A DNA stretch of 64,000 nucleotides. Origin: the human T2T-CHM13v2.0 reference genome, Homo sapiens. Of this stretch, positions 43,781 through 57,925 are shown piece after piece; position 1 is the first letter of the stretch; each line of letters begins with the position of its first letter. Under the pieces are notes generated by a model. That model was given only the letters and a program-made list of their open reading frames with translations, was not told the origin of the DNA and ran no database searches. The stretch lies in the NCBI RefSeq assembly GCF_009914755.1, contig NC_060935.1; one strand, written 5' to 3'. A program made the translations under genes and the position numbers.

Positions 43781-44160
43781 TGCTATTGTTTAAATGTGTT
43801 TCCCGAAATTTCGTGTGTTGGAAACTTAATCTCCAATGTGACAGTGTTGGAAGATGTGGACTAATAAGAGCTCATTGGGTCAATACGACAGAAACTTCAT
43901 AAATGGACTAATGCCATTATGATGGGAGTAGGTTAGCATGAGAGTGGGTTGTTAAAAAGCAAGTCCAGCCCCTGGTGCCTCTCTCTCTCATGTGCACTCT
44001 TGCCTTTCACCATGTTAGGACACAGCAAGAAGGGCCTTGCCAGATGCCAGCACCATGCTTTTAGACTTCTCACCCTCCAGAACCATGAGCCAAATAAGTC
44101 TCTTTTCTTTATAAATTATCCAGTCTGTGGTGTTCTAACAGCAGAGAAGAAACTGAGACA
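43781..44160 (+). mobile_element. MST (MSTB/D-like) solo LTR
   Basis: tgctattgtttaaatgtgt...aactgagaca; exact TSD gttat (43776-43780, 44161-44165). Confidence 0.9.
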
Positions 44161-45667
44161 GTTATCTTGTTTCTTCATATCAGAGGTTTAGTAACAAATA
44201 TTAAGCATTTAAATATTCCTACAAAACGTGACAAAAACCATTAAGTTCAATATATGCAGACAAGTGTCAGGATTTTAGAAGAAAGTTCTCTATAGGATTT
44301 CATCTTAAATATGGGATTTGGGGGGAAGTAATGAATATGCATGTGCCAAATACATTCAGTTCATAGCCCAGGACAAAGCTGATGCATTGTGCAAAGCTAA
44401 GAGATAAGGCACTGAATGCTCAGATATGCCATATTTTAGACCTTTAAATAACAATTTGAGAATTTTAAAGTTCATCTATTTATAAAGTGAGGATGTTCAA
44501 ATGGGATTGTAAGCAAAGAGTAGTATTTCATATCTATTTAATATGTTGTGGTATGAAAGTCTTTATTTTTCATTTTCCACTGCCAAATTTTATGCCCAAA
44601 ATGTGATTAAAATATTCCAGGAAACTCAGCTTTTATGAATATAAGTGAGGATATTTCTCACTTTATTCATTTTCATGATTTATTCATTTTATTTTAAAGT
44701 TATCAAATTTCTCTTTCATCTTAACTTATGAAGACTTCATAAGACTTGATATCTGAGAGTTCAGAGGAAGTTATGATTTCTTAAATTGATTTTCTAAAAT
44801 GGATAAGATGCAAATATATACTGAGATTAATCATGTGTACACACATACATATATACACATATATATTCATATACATGTATGTGTGTATGTGTATTATCTG
44901 TCTATATTTCTAGAAATATCTAGGGCACTATAGTTGGGAGGAGAGTCAGACACTTAAAGTGAAGATCCTTCTGTTTCTGTTGTCAAATGTTGGAATTTTT
45001 CTCAAGATATTGTCAGATTGAAATGCTTGTAAGAGACAAAGTAACAGATTGCTTAAAAATCAACATATAAGGAGTTAGAGTTTTGGCATCTAATGTCATT
45101 TGAATGAGGAGGGTGTCTAACAGAACAGTAGTACCCTTTTGTTATCTATTATATTTGAATATATAAATATGACAAATAAAACATTATGCAATCATGAGGA
45201 AGTTTGGCTCATGCCTGGAAAAGTAGAAAATATAAATCACTGAAGAAAATGTAACTAATGTTCACCCCAGGACCACTAACGATTTTTCTTTGCTATACAC
45301 CTTTTAATAATGATTTGGGCATAAAATTTAGCAATAAAAATAATAAATACTTTCCAAATCAAAATATATCAGTAAGTAGACTTGAAACACCACTCCTTAC
45401 CCAAATACATTACCCATGATAATTCTCACATTATAATTACTGAACTTAAAAATTGTCAAATTGTCATTTAAAAATGTAAAATATGGCATCTCTGAGCATC
45501 CAATTGCCTATCTCTTGGATTTGCACAATGCACCAGATTTCATGTCCTAGGGAAATATCTACTCTGGATAGGAAAAAATAAAAAGTATATACATAGCTAA
45601 TTGACTTGAGATTTCCTGATACCATTAGTGATGACTGATTTTATGCAGTGTTGCCTAGTAATAGATC

Positions 45668-45784
45668 TTTTTTTAAATTTTATTATTATTATACTTTAAG
45701 TTTTAGGGTACATGTGCACAACATGCAGGTTTGTTACATATGTATACATGTGCCATGTTGGTGTGCTGCACCCATTAACTCGTC
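45668..45784 (-). mobile_element. Very short young L1PA 3' end
   Basis: 'attatactttaagttttagggtacatgtgcacaacatgcagg...cccattaactcgtc'. Confidence 0.92.
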
Positions 45785-46791
45785 CTGATAAACCTGGTGC
45801 CATCTATTTTACACTTGCAACCTAAACTTAAGAAAATTGCTCTCCTTGCTCCTGTGTTTATCTGTGTAATGAGGATAATAGTAATATATTCTCTAAACTT
45901 GTGAGTAATAATCTATGTAGACTGGTTATTATAATACAGTGGTTCAAGAGCACCCAAAAGAGGTACCTATTATTATTAATGATTTGTTCTTTAAAAAAAG
46001 CAAAAGCTAACCAAGCAAGCACAAATATTCTGGCAAAGAAATAAAATTGGTTATTTTTTTATAAATAAATAAAATGGGATTTAGGTTTCTAGTTCCATTT
46101 TGGATACAATCCCTTTATATAGCACTTTAACCTCCACATACCATGTCCATGAACTAATGAAATCAGGCATTTTAGGAAACAATATATCAAAACTCAATTT
46201 AAGTAGAATATTGAAAACATGGGAATGAAAGGTTCTCTGTTATAGAAAAATGAGAATTTTATCTTACTCCTGAAATTTCTAAGTTTAAAATATTAAGAAA
46301 CACATCAAAGCCAAAGATTCTGCCAGTAAAAAGAAAACTTTCATTTGAATAGAAGACCTTATTTGATTTTAACAGATCTCATTTAACTAGACTAATTGAA
46401 GATTTACAGCACCTGCTGAAAAAAAAATTACCTTATGTTGTCCACTGAGAAATAGCCACTGGAGATAAGAGTTAACCAAGCAAGTTGATACTTTTTATTT
46501 TATTCTGGCTCACTCCAGTAAACTTGTACCTCTTTTGCCTGTTAATTCCTTGGCCTTTTGAAAATAACGTATCTCAGTTCACGAACTATTTATCAAAATC
46601 ATGTCATGAACCTGATGAGGATTCTAAAATGAGTCATGAGTCACGTTCTAAGCAATGAATAGCATCATTTAAAGTCTTCACGCATAAAGAATCATAACAG
46701 TCAAATGTATGAATCCCATCAATATGAGTCCCCAAGCAAAGACAACTGGTTTAGCAACTACATCAAAATATATCAATAAGTAGACTTCCTG

Positions 46792-47708
46792 TAACTTAAA
46801 CAGATTTACAAGAAACAACAGCAACAACAACAAAAACATTAAAAAGCAGACAAAAGACATGAACAGGTACTTTTCAACAGAAGACATACATGTGGCCAAC
46901 AATCACATGAGCAAAAGTTCATTATCACTGATCAATAGAAAATTGCAAATCAAAACCACAATGAGATATCATCTGACACCAGTAAGAAGACTGTGATTAA
47001 AAAGTCAAAAACTAACAGATGCTGCCGAGGTTGTAGGGAAAAGGGAGCAATTATACACTGTAGGTGAGAGTGTAAATTAGTTCAATCACTATGGAAAGCA
47101 GTGTGGTGATTCATCAAAGAGCTAAAAACAGAACTATCATTTAACCCAGCAACCCTATTACTGGGTATATACCTAGAGAAATATAAATAATTCTACCATA
47201 AAGACACATGTACATGAATGTTCATTGCAGTGCTATTCATAATAATGAAGATACAGAATCAACTTAAATGCCCATCAATGATAGATTATATTTTTTAAAA
47301 TGTGTTACATATACACCATGGAATACTATGCAGCCATAAAAAAGAACCAGATCATGTCTTTTGTGGCAACATGGATGGAGCTGAAGGCCATTATCCTTAG
47401 CAAACTACTGCAGAAAAGGAAAAACAAATAGTGCATATTCTCACTTAAAATTGGGAGCTAAATGACGAGAACTCTTGGACATAAAGAAGGTAGCAACAGA
47501 CCCTGGGGCTTACTTCAGGGTAGAGGGTAGGAGGATTGAGAGGAGCAGAAAAACTACCTACCGGATACCAGACTTAGTACCTAGGTGACAAATAATCTGT
47601 ACCATAAACCCCAGTATCGTGAGTTTACCTCTATAACAAACCTGCACATGTACCTACGTAACAAACCTGCATATGTACCTAAAATAAAAGTAAAAAAAAA
47701 AAAAAAAA
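46792..47708 (+). mobile_element. 5'-truncated L1PA15/16- or L1PB-like element
   Basis: ORF2 C-terminus, 3' UTR and poly(A); TSD aaagacaactggttt at 46738-46752 and 47706-47720. Confidence 0.92.
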
Positions 47709-47934
47709 GACAACTGGTTTTACAATTCAATCATTACAATATTTGGCATGTTTTATATCATGTGACAATTTAATTATTATAAAAGACAGGTGCTAATTAT
47801 GCTGATTTTTTTCTTTTTCATTTTAAAAGTGATACTATCATCCCCTTCACTTTATATCAATTATAGCTTTTCTCTCCATTTCCAGATTGTTATGGTATAG
47901 TTCCATAGCATGAACTGCACAGATGGATTTCTCT

Positions 47935-47978
47935 TATTATTTATTTATTTTTTGTGAGATGGAGTCTCACTCTGTCAC
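47935..47978 (-). mobile_element. Tiny Alu 3' fragment
   Basis: T-rich tail then 'tgagatggagtctcactctgtcac'. Confidence 0.65.
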
Positions 47979-49035
47979 ATCAGTAGTGTATTAAGCAGCA
48001 GACATCATCAATCACGATATGTTCTCAATTAGTTCCTTTTTCTGTCATATTAGTTAGTAAGTAATTGTTTGCTGATGTCTATCTGTTCTCAATGCTTCTG
48101 CAGTTTATACACTTAAAAATCAAGGTCATTATAAGTTTACAAAATTACTCCTTTATCAGCCAAACATATGTTTACTGAAAAATCCATTAACAAGCCAATT
48201 AGGACTGGACACTAATAATTACACAATTCAACCCCTATAATCTAAAATGGTGGCAGTGTTCTAGTATATGTTGGAGGAGAGGAGATAACTGAATGAAATG
48301 TTCAGGAGTGATCACTCTTTGAATGACAACCAATTAGTTCTCCCACAAATCACAGATAGATTTTAACTCTGACCTTTATATTTCACGCTGCAAAAGCATT
48401 GTGATGTCCCCTCCAAGTTGAAGTGAGGCAATTCATTGTGGAGATGCTAATGAGCAGAGCAGCTTTTTTTTCTTCAGAAATGTTTCAATTTAATATTTTC
48501 CTGATATAATTATTTTGTATTTTGTTGAAAGAACACTTTACATTCTCAGTCTAAAGCTGGTAGGAAATAACTTCCAAAATTTGAGGATGATTTGAGAAAT
48601 TATTTTCTTCATGCAACTAATCCCAACTCATGGTTTTATTAGCACTATAATTTATCATGTCCACAAAAGTCTGTAGCAGTTGGCCATGCCAACCCAGTGA
48701 GAATAATCACGATTTGCATATGGCAACAGCTGCTGGGAACCCATACATATGGTAGTGAGAGTGACCGATTATTTAAGTCTTCACCATCACAATAACAAAA
48801 TATGCAAAAAAACCTTAAAACAATACAAAATAAACTTTTGCATTTTATTTGAAATAAAACTCTGTAGCAATGTTGAAATATCCTCTAAAGCAGAGCGAAA
48901 TTATGTAACAGATACTGCCAGTGTAGTTCACATGATCCCAGACCTCAAGGTATTTTATTCTTTCTTTTTGCAATTTAATAGTTTAAGCATGTCTTTGTTC
49001 TTCCCCAATCCCTTAGTACAATTTTTTTTTCTTCC

Positions 49036-49351
<316 letters not shown>

Positions 49352-50041
49352 TAAAAATCTAATTCTATGACTATCATCTTTACCAACAAAAATAGTTTTA
49401 TAATAGTAAAATAGGCATGTATTATTTAAAAAGGTATTTTTTATTTGAATGTATATTTTGGTGCTTCAAATGGAAAATGCATTTCCATGTTTTGATGGAT
49501 GTTTTTAATTGCTTTATCTTGACTTGCTGGCATATTAATGACGATCATATCTTTTTAATGAGGCCTGTGATTTCTATAATAACTACTTCAGAAACTGGAA
49601 GACTAAAAGCAATAGAAGTAAATAGAAGCACACCATCTAAAGGAAATTTCAACATGTTGGGGATTGCTGTCCCAGGCAATTGTGTCACTATGGGTTTCTA
49701 TAAGACACATTATTTGAAGGATGATTTCAATATGAACAATACATAAAATGCTTTTCCCTCATCCAATCCATCTCTAGTAGGTACTTAATACCCTCTATTT
49801 TTGACGCAACCATTTGCTACTATCTTTATTTGGAGAAATTGTTGCCTCCCCACCCATGTTCTATAGTTTTTTGGGTGGATGGGTAGCAGGTATGCTACTC
49901 ACTGCATAAGCCAAGGATCCAATTTCTTCATTTTATTATCTTGATAGAGAAAAGGGATTAACTCCTGCCTAATCATGCACAATCATGTACTTCTTTCCTG
50001 AAATTTAAGTCTTGCAGCAGAACCAAGCAAAGATAAAATAA

Positions 50042-50260
<219 letters not shown>

Positions 50261-50767
50261 TAATTTCTGCTTCTTAGGTTTCTGAAACTGATTTTTCTTA
50301 TGTTCATTTGTCCAGTGTTTCTGCTGATATATTTGGACCTCAAAATTCTTCTAGTAAAGCCATTTTTGCACAAGTTGTTTTGCCAAGAGTTTGTTTCCAT
50401 CTAGTGTGCTAAGACAATGAGGGGAGATTTTTTTGTTACCCTGGCATTGACAACCAAGACAAAAATCTGAAGAGAAACAGTTCATAAGAATCCCAAATTA
50501 TTTTAATGCCAACATTTGGCGTTACACATCTCCTTTTAGGTTTACATAATAGATGAGTGATCCTATGTTCAATTCAATTTCAGCACTTATGCCTTACAGG
50601 ACTTTTTCAGAAAGCTGGAGATGAAAGAACAACGAAACTTTACAATGTCTTTGGTCCGTGCAGAGATCAAGGTCTGTCAGAGACATCTTTCCCTGTGGTT
50701 CCCTCAACTCCACAAGCCTTTGGGTAAGGATGTACTCAAAAAGAACTAGTCATAGAGATTAAGCGTT

Positions 50768-51212
50768 TGTGTTTTGGGCTGAACTGTATCCCACCAAAAT
50801 TTATATTTTGAAGTCCTAAATCCTAGTACCTCAGAATGCAACTGTATTTGGAGATAACGTCTTTAAAGGGATAATTAAGTAAACATGAGGTCATTTAGGT
50901 GACCCCTAATAAAATATGACAGGTATCCTTATCAGAAGAAAACATTTGGACATAGACACCTACAGAGGGAAGACAATGTGAAGATTCAGGGGGAAGGTTG
51001 TCATTTACAAGTCACGGAGAGAGGCCTCAGAAAAACTAACCCTGCATGTTAACACCTTGGTCTCATTCTTTTAGCCTCCATAACTGTGAGAAAATAAATG
51101 TCTGTTGTTTAAATCACTCACTCCGACTGAGTGTTGTCCTTTGTTATAACCCAGACTGAGTATGACCCCAGATTATGTGGTCTTTTGTTACAACCACACT
51201 AGCTAATAAAGT
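50768..51212 (+). mobile_element. MLT1B/C-like MaLR LTR
   Basis: 'tgggctgaactgtatcccaccaaaatttatattttgaagtcctaa..cctagtacctcagaatg..actgtatttggagata', 'aactgtgagaaaataaatgtctgttgttta'. Confidence 0.85.
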
Positions 51213-54199
51213 CTGCAAGAAGGAGAGGCTGTCAGATTACTCCCTAGTTGGTTGTTTGGTGAGGTTATTAACCTGCAGAATCATACTAGTAATGGCATCA
51301 GAAGCAGTGTGGATCATGGTGACAAAGGTCTCAGGAGAACCTGATGTGTGTGCAAGTTATATTATTATAATTGTACATAAAGACTGGGACTTACTCTTCC
51401 ATTAGCGATCTCTGAAAGTGGAAGACGAATGGTAATAAATTCCAACAAAAAATGATAAGAAGAATGTGGCGTATCACAGAGAAGGATGTTCCTTTATGCC
51501 TCAGCTATATTCTACAATTCTCAAATTTCTATGGCTACCTATTAGGAAGCAAAAAGTTCAGAGGAAAATCAGAGTGTTAACATCTCATTTGGAAGTGATA
51601 GGAAAGTTGCATTTCTGGAAGGGCTAAAGGTACAATGCAGCTACTCTTCTTGAAATGAGTCATAAGTGATGGCAGAAGGCAGGGTAAGTTCGAGTGCCAT
51701 CCTCTTCCCAAAAATTTAATTAAAAACTAAAAAGCATACCCACAATCTACACAGAGACCAGCCATCTCACCAGCACAACTTAGAGCAAAAGAGGAGACCC
51801 TGTCTTGGAGCCCCACCACAACCATGTGATAAATTGCATAAAACATTCTCTTGTTCCTATTTCTTCTTTCTTCACCAACCATGGAGAATCGGTTCAAGGA
51901 GGAGAGAAACATTACCTCAGATCCAGACTCTACACATGTCTATTGTTCCAATCCAAGGTGTAGGAATGAGAGAAAAAATAAAAGGACATCCACCTTTTGA
52001 AGTCCCTGAGACTATAGAGTAGTGTTAGAAAGAGGAGACTTAAATTTGCTATGTGATTGAAGTTTTGGATTTTAACACACTAGAGTGAAGAAGATCTGTA
52101 GACTCTACTTGATATATTTTAAGGAACAGAGAAAAGGGATTCAACAGAACATATCTGAAGTTAGTAATTGTTTTTAAAATTATATCTCACTTCAATAAAA
52201 TTCTAAATAATATGCTATTTAATATAGTATACAAGAATAATCTTTCTTAAAAATATGTATCTTCATGTATTTCTATTGTTTAAAGGAGACAGCATACTGT
52301 TTTTATAATTTTTCTTCAATTGACCTATTTATACATATTTCCTATGATTATGTTCCCTCTTATAATACTCATACTAAGATCCGTTATACAACTTATGATT
52401 ACCTGGAAATACTGACTTTAGTGATGTTTTGCCTTATTCATACCTTTCTTTGAACAAAATGGAAATAGAAATTATAAATATGAAAAAAATTGATTTCACC
52501 TTGTTTAAAATTGAAACATTCCATAGGTGGTATTTGTATTTTAAGAATCTTAAAAATAATCTTACAGACTAAATATTATGAATCCTTAATACACTGAGCA
52601 GATAAGATAAAAAAGACACTGTTAGAGGTTGTGGCAAGCAAAGAAAAGGGCGTATTTAATTCACATCTGCAAAGGCTTGATCTCTTTTATAGTTAACTGA
52701 AAAGGATGTAGAATCTTCGTAATATTTAAAATGCTCCCCAGGAATAAAATTTCCAGCCTCAATTCATGTGATGACTGCAAGTAATCTTACTGAAGACATT
52801 CTTTAGAATACAGTTTACAGAATGAACCTATTGAGTAAATATATTGTAAGAAACTGAATAGTTATAGATGAAACTCTCCATCTTTATTTTTGTTATTTCA
52901 CAATTACATGAATTTTTTTAAGTTATTCTATGAGTCAAAAAGTTCCAGAATTTCCAGGTATTTTTCTACTCTTCTCAGTTCACCAATAATAAAATATTCC
53001 AACTGGGGAATCATCACTAAAATATGCAAACCTTGATTTAATCAATGCCTGATATAATCTCCCTACTAAACTCCCATTTCCTAGCCTTTGCTATACAAAT
53101 TACAAACCTGGAAAATGTCTAGCAATTTATAATACTGTATTGGATAAAGTGGTCATAGCATTTCCACATCCACAATCCTTTCATGAAAAAAGAACAAGAA
53201 AAAGAAAAAGACAAGACGCATAGGATCATGCAATTTATATAGTTAAGGACTACAGTGGTGATTTCCCAAGTCAAGTTAATCATTATTGTTTAATAAAACA
53301 GGAGTGTGAAACTCTGGAAGACTAGAAAACTTGAAATAAAAGATGACCCACAGACAAAAGATGATTTCTATCTCGAAGGTGATCACTAAAGGTAAGATGT
53401 CAGACAGTTAAAATAGGTTCAAGCAAAATTAGGAGAAAAAAAAGAAGAATTCACTAAGAGATAATAATTTAAAAAAGCTTGGGTTTGTTATTACTTGAGA
53501 TTATAACCCAGACACAATGGGAACAGGGAAGAAATAATGGAGAAGCAGGAAACATGATGTGGAGAGGAAGGAATGTGATTACTGTTTAACACAGAAGCCA
53601 ACGTGGCCATAATTGGAACTCATCTTCTGAGTGTTGGCCAACTAAATAATTTCTTTTACTCCTAAAACAGTTTATTGCAAAACATAATCATACAGAAAAA
53701 TTTATAAGACAATTTTGGTTTAATAAATAACTATGAAATAAACTCCTGTAAAACTAACTTCCAGCTTAAGAATTTACAAATGCCAGAATCCCAAACCCCT
53801 TCTCTCTAGTCAACCACCCTCTTCTGAGGTAATAACTAAATAAACCAAAGGATTTTTTAGAGGTTTTGTCGTTGTTGTTGTTTTAACTAGGTAAGTATAT
53901 GCATATGAAAAGATCATGGCTTATCACTATAATTATCAATCTTCTTCCTGCTCCATTTGGCAGAAGCAATCACTTTCAACTCTTCCCGTTTCATCCTAGT
54001 AAATAATTTTAAATTTCTGAGTGAAATGATTTAATGACGTTTTGGTTTTTAAATTTTGATAGTGTCTATTAAATTGTTTATATAAAGGTCACAATTTTAG
54101 TTCTCTTCTAATTTTACTTTATACACCATTTGCTACCCCTTTTTGCTCAGCTTATTTGGGGTAAATCATTATTTAGTATGTATGCTATTGTGATTTCTT

Positions 54200-54502
<303 letters not shown>

Positions 54503-54699
54503 TGTGATTTCTTAAATTATATTCACAGCTGAGGCACATGGTGTGCTACAATTAAACTTCCTTTTTAAAAAAAATTATACTTTTCTCAAATAAAATGATT
54601 CATCATTTTCTTCATGATGATGTCATTAATTACTCAAGCCTATAGAGAAATTCTTCCAGAATTCTTCACCCATGTAATTGCCTGCTCACTAGACCTGCT

Positions 54700-55350
54700 G
54701 TTAGCTAAATTGGAAATATTTCCTGTCATTTTTCCTCTGGTAGGTCCCTATTTTTAAAAAAAATATTTTAAATAATATCTACAAGAAAGTGAATAATAAA
54801 ACTTTTCATGTCTAAAAGTACTTTTTAAAATTTTACATTTATCCTTCTTAGGTGAGAATAAGCCTATAGGTTCAAAGTATTTTTTTCTAAAATGTTCAAG
54901 ACATTTCTTTATTGTAGTCCAGGCTTCAATATTGCTGTTGAAAAATTCAGTGCCATTCAAATTCCCAATTTTTGTATGTAAATCAGTCATCTTAGGTACT
55001 TCTGTTTATTACTAATTTCCTGCAAGTTTATAATTGTGTGGCTTATTGTACACCATTTTACAGTAATTGAGCTTGACAAGATGTGTATTTTCACTTTGAA
55101 ACACATGCCTTTGGTCCTAGATGGTATTAATTCATCCATTTATTAATGAATACATTCATAATGAATTTTTCATTCATTCAAAATACATTTTTAAGTGTCA
55201 TATAAGAGCAAACAAAGCAGAAAATCCAGAAAAATTAAGCCTAGTGTCTTATTTTTCTGATATTTCTGTTTTTTGTTTGTTTCTTTTCTTCTTCCATGTC
55301 TTTCATTAGTGAGAAAGTTTGATGCTTGGATTTATCTTCTTCATGCAGAC
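54700..55350 (-). mobile_element. Ancient L1M ORF1-region relic
   Basis: 'ataggttcaaagtatttttttctaaaatgttcaagacattt...attgctgttgaaaaattcagtgccattc'. Confidence 0.55.
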
Positions 55351-56259
55351 ATATTCTTCCATCTTGAGTTTTGAAAGTGGGGTGCAGAAATTACCTTAGT
55401 AATCTTTGTAGTATAAAATAATAGGGTACATATATTGTAAATCTTCTGCAAATGTAAAATGAATTAAATTATTTTCCCTGTGAAGAATGAAGATCTACAC
55501 ACAAAAGGATTGTTGGTGACTTTGATAGATATAGATGTCTCAAATTTTATTAGAGAGAAAATGGCTTATTGCAATAACATCAAGGAACACTTCAAATTGC
55601 GAAAAGAAAACAATATGTATGTTGATGGAAAAATAAACAAAGGATATAACCTGATTATAGAGAGAAATAGAAACAGCCAATATGCTTAATAAATGATGCT
55701 GAAATTAAACAATAGACAGTGAACACAAAATTATTAGAAAATGAAATATCACTTTACATTTTTCATGGTGAAAATTTAAAAATATCCATTTATTGTTGAT
55801 AGAATTGGGCATCATCTAATGCATATATATTGCATATAAAATATTAGAAAGTATAAAAATATAAAATCATGCAAAAATTAAAAATACAACAGAGATATAT
55901 GGATTTAATTCCTCACATACTTTAAAGTTTAATAGGAAAAGAAAAAAAATAATTTAATGGTATCTGCGATAAATGGCCTGCAATATATTTGATTGCTTTA
56001 AATGTTATACATAAATTAGTTGTAGGAAAATTATTTCTAACTGTTGTGATATATCTTCATGTAAGATAAAATAATTTATAGATTAATTAGGAAAAAAACA
56101 GTGCAAAGACTGAAAGTATAATAAAATTTTACAAAATAAATATTAGCATAACTGTGATTAATGAGTATGTTAGTATTTCTTTCCTATTTTAGATATAAAG
56201 GAGAAATTTAACTAAAACACACAGAGTTAAAATTAAATTTTGAGGTGGAGGGAAGAAGG

Positions 56260-56425
56260 TAAACAACAGAAGTTATTTTTCTCACAATTTTGGAGGCTAG
56301 AAATTCATGAGCAATGTGTCAGCAGGTAAGGTTTCTTCTGAGGCCTCTCTCCTTGGCTTGCAGATGGCTGTCTTTCCCCCATGTCTTCACATGGTCTTTA
56401 CTCTGTGTCTGCCTCTGTTCTAATT
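56260..56425 (-). mobile_element. MLT1 LTR fragment
   Basis: 'aaacaacagaagttatttt.ctcacaattttggaggctagaa...tttcttctgaggcctctctccttggcttgcagatggc'. Confidence 0.85.
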
Positions 56426-56452
56426 TATTTTTTCTACTCTTTGTTCCTTAAT

Positions 56453-56913
<461 letters not shown>

Positions 56914-56914
56914 T

Positions 56915-57925
56915 GTTTTTTTAATGTATTTTATTTTAATTTAAAAAATTATATATTTTTACAAGTACAACATGTTTTAATATATGTACACATTGTAGAA
57001 TGAATGATTAAATCAAACTAGTAAACATATGCATCACCTCAAATACTTAGCATATTTCTGTGGTGAGAACAATTAAGGTCTATTCTCTCAGCAATTTTCA
57101 AGCACACAATATGTTATTATTATCTAGTCACCATGCTATACAACAGATCACCACAAATTATCCATGCTAAGATTTTGTAGCCTTTGGCAAACATCTCCTC
57201 ATCTATCCCTTCTCCCCCAGCCCTAGGCAATGATCATTGTGAGTTTGACTTTGTTAGATGCCACATATAAATGAGATCATGCAGTATTTGTCTTTCTATG
57301 CTAGGCTTATTTCAGTTAGCCTAATATCCTCCATGTCCCTCCGTGTAGGTACAAATGACAGAATTTCCTTCTTTTTAAAGGCTGAATTGTATTCCATTAT
57401 GTATACATACCACATTTTCCTTATATACTCATCCACTGATGGACATATAAGTTGATTTCATATCTTTACTTCAATGAACATGAGAAATGCTGCAACAAAC
57501 ATGAGAGAGTAGATAACTCTTCTACATGCTGATTTCATTTCCTTTGGATATATACTCAGACGTGGGATTGCTGGAACATATGGTGATTCTACTTTTAATT
57601 TTTTGAAGAACCTCCAATCTGTTTCCCATAATGGCTGTACTAATCTACATTCCCACTGACAATGAAAAAAGGTTTCCTTTTCTCAATATCCTCTTCAACA
57701 TTTGTTATATTTTTGTCTTTTTGACTTTTTGATAATAACCATTCTAACAGATGTGAGGTGGTATCTCACTGTGGTTTTAATTTGCATTTCTCTGATGATT
57801 AATGATGTTGAGCACCTTTTCATTTACCTATTTGCCATTTGTATGTATTCTTTGGAGAGAAATGTCTATTCAGGCCCTTTGTTACTTTTTAATTGGGTTG
57901 TTTTCTTGATATTAAGTTGTTTGAG
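56915..57925 (-). mobile_element. L1MA-type 3' end
   Basis: 'gtggtgagaacaattaaggtctattctctcagcaattttcaag', 'gatttcatttcctttggatatatactcaga'. Confidence 0.88.
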
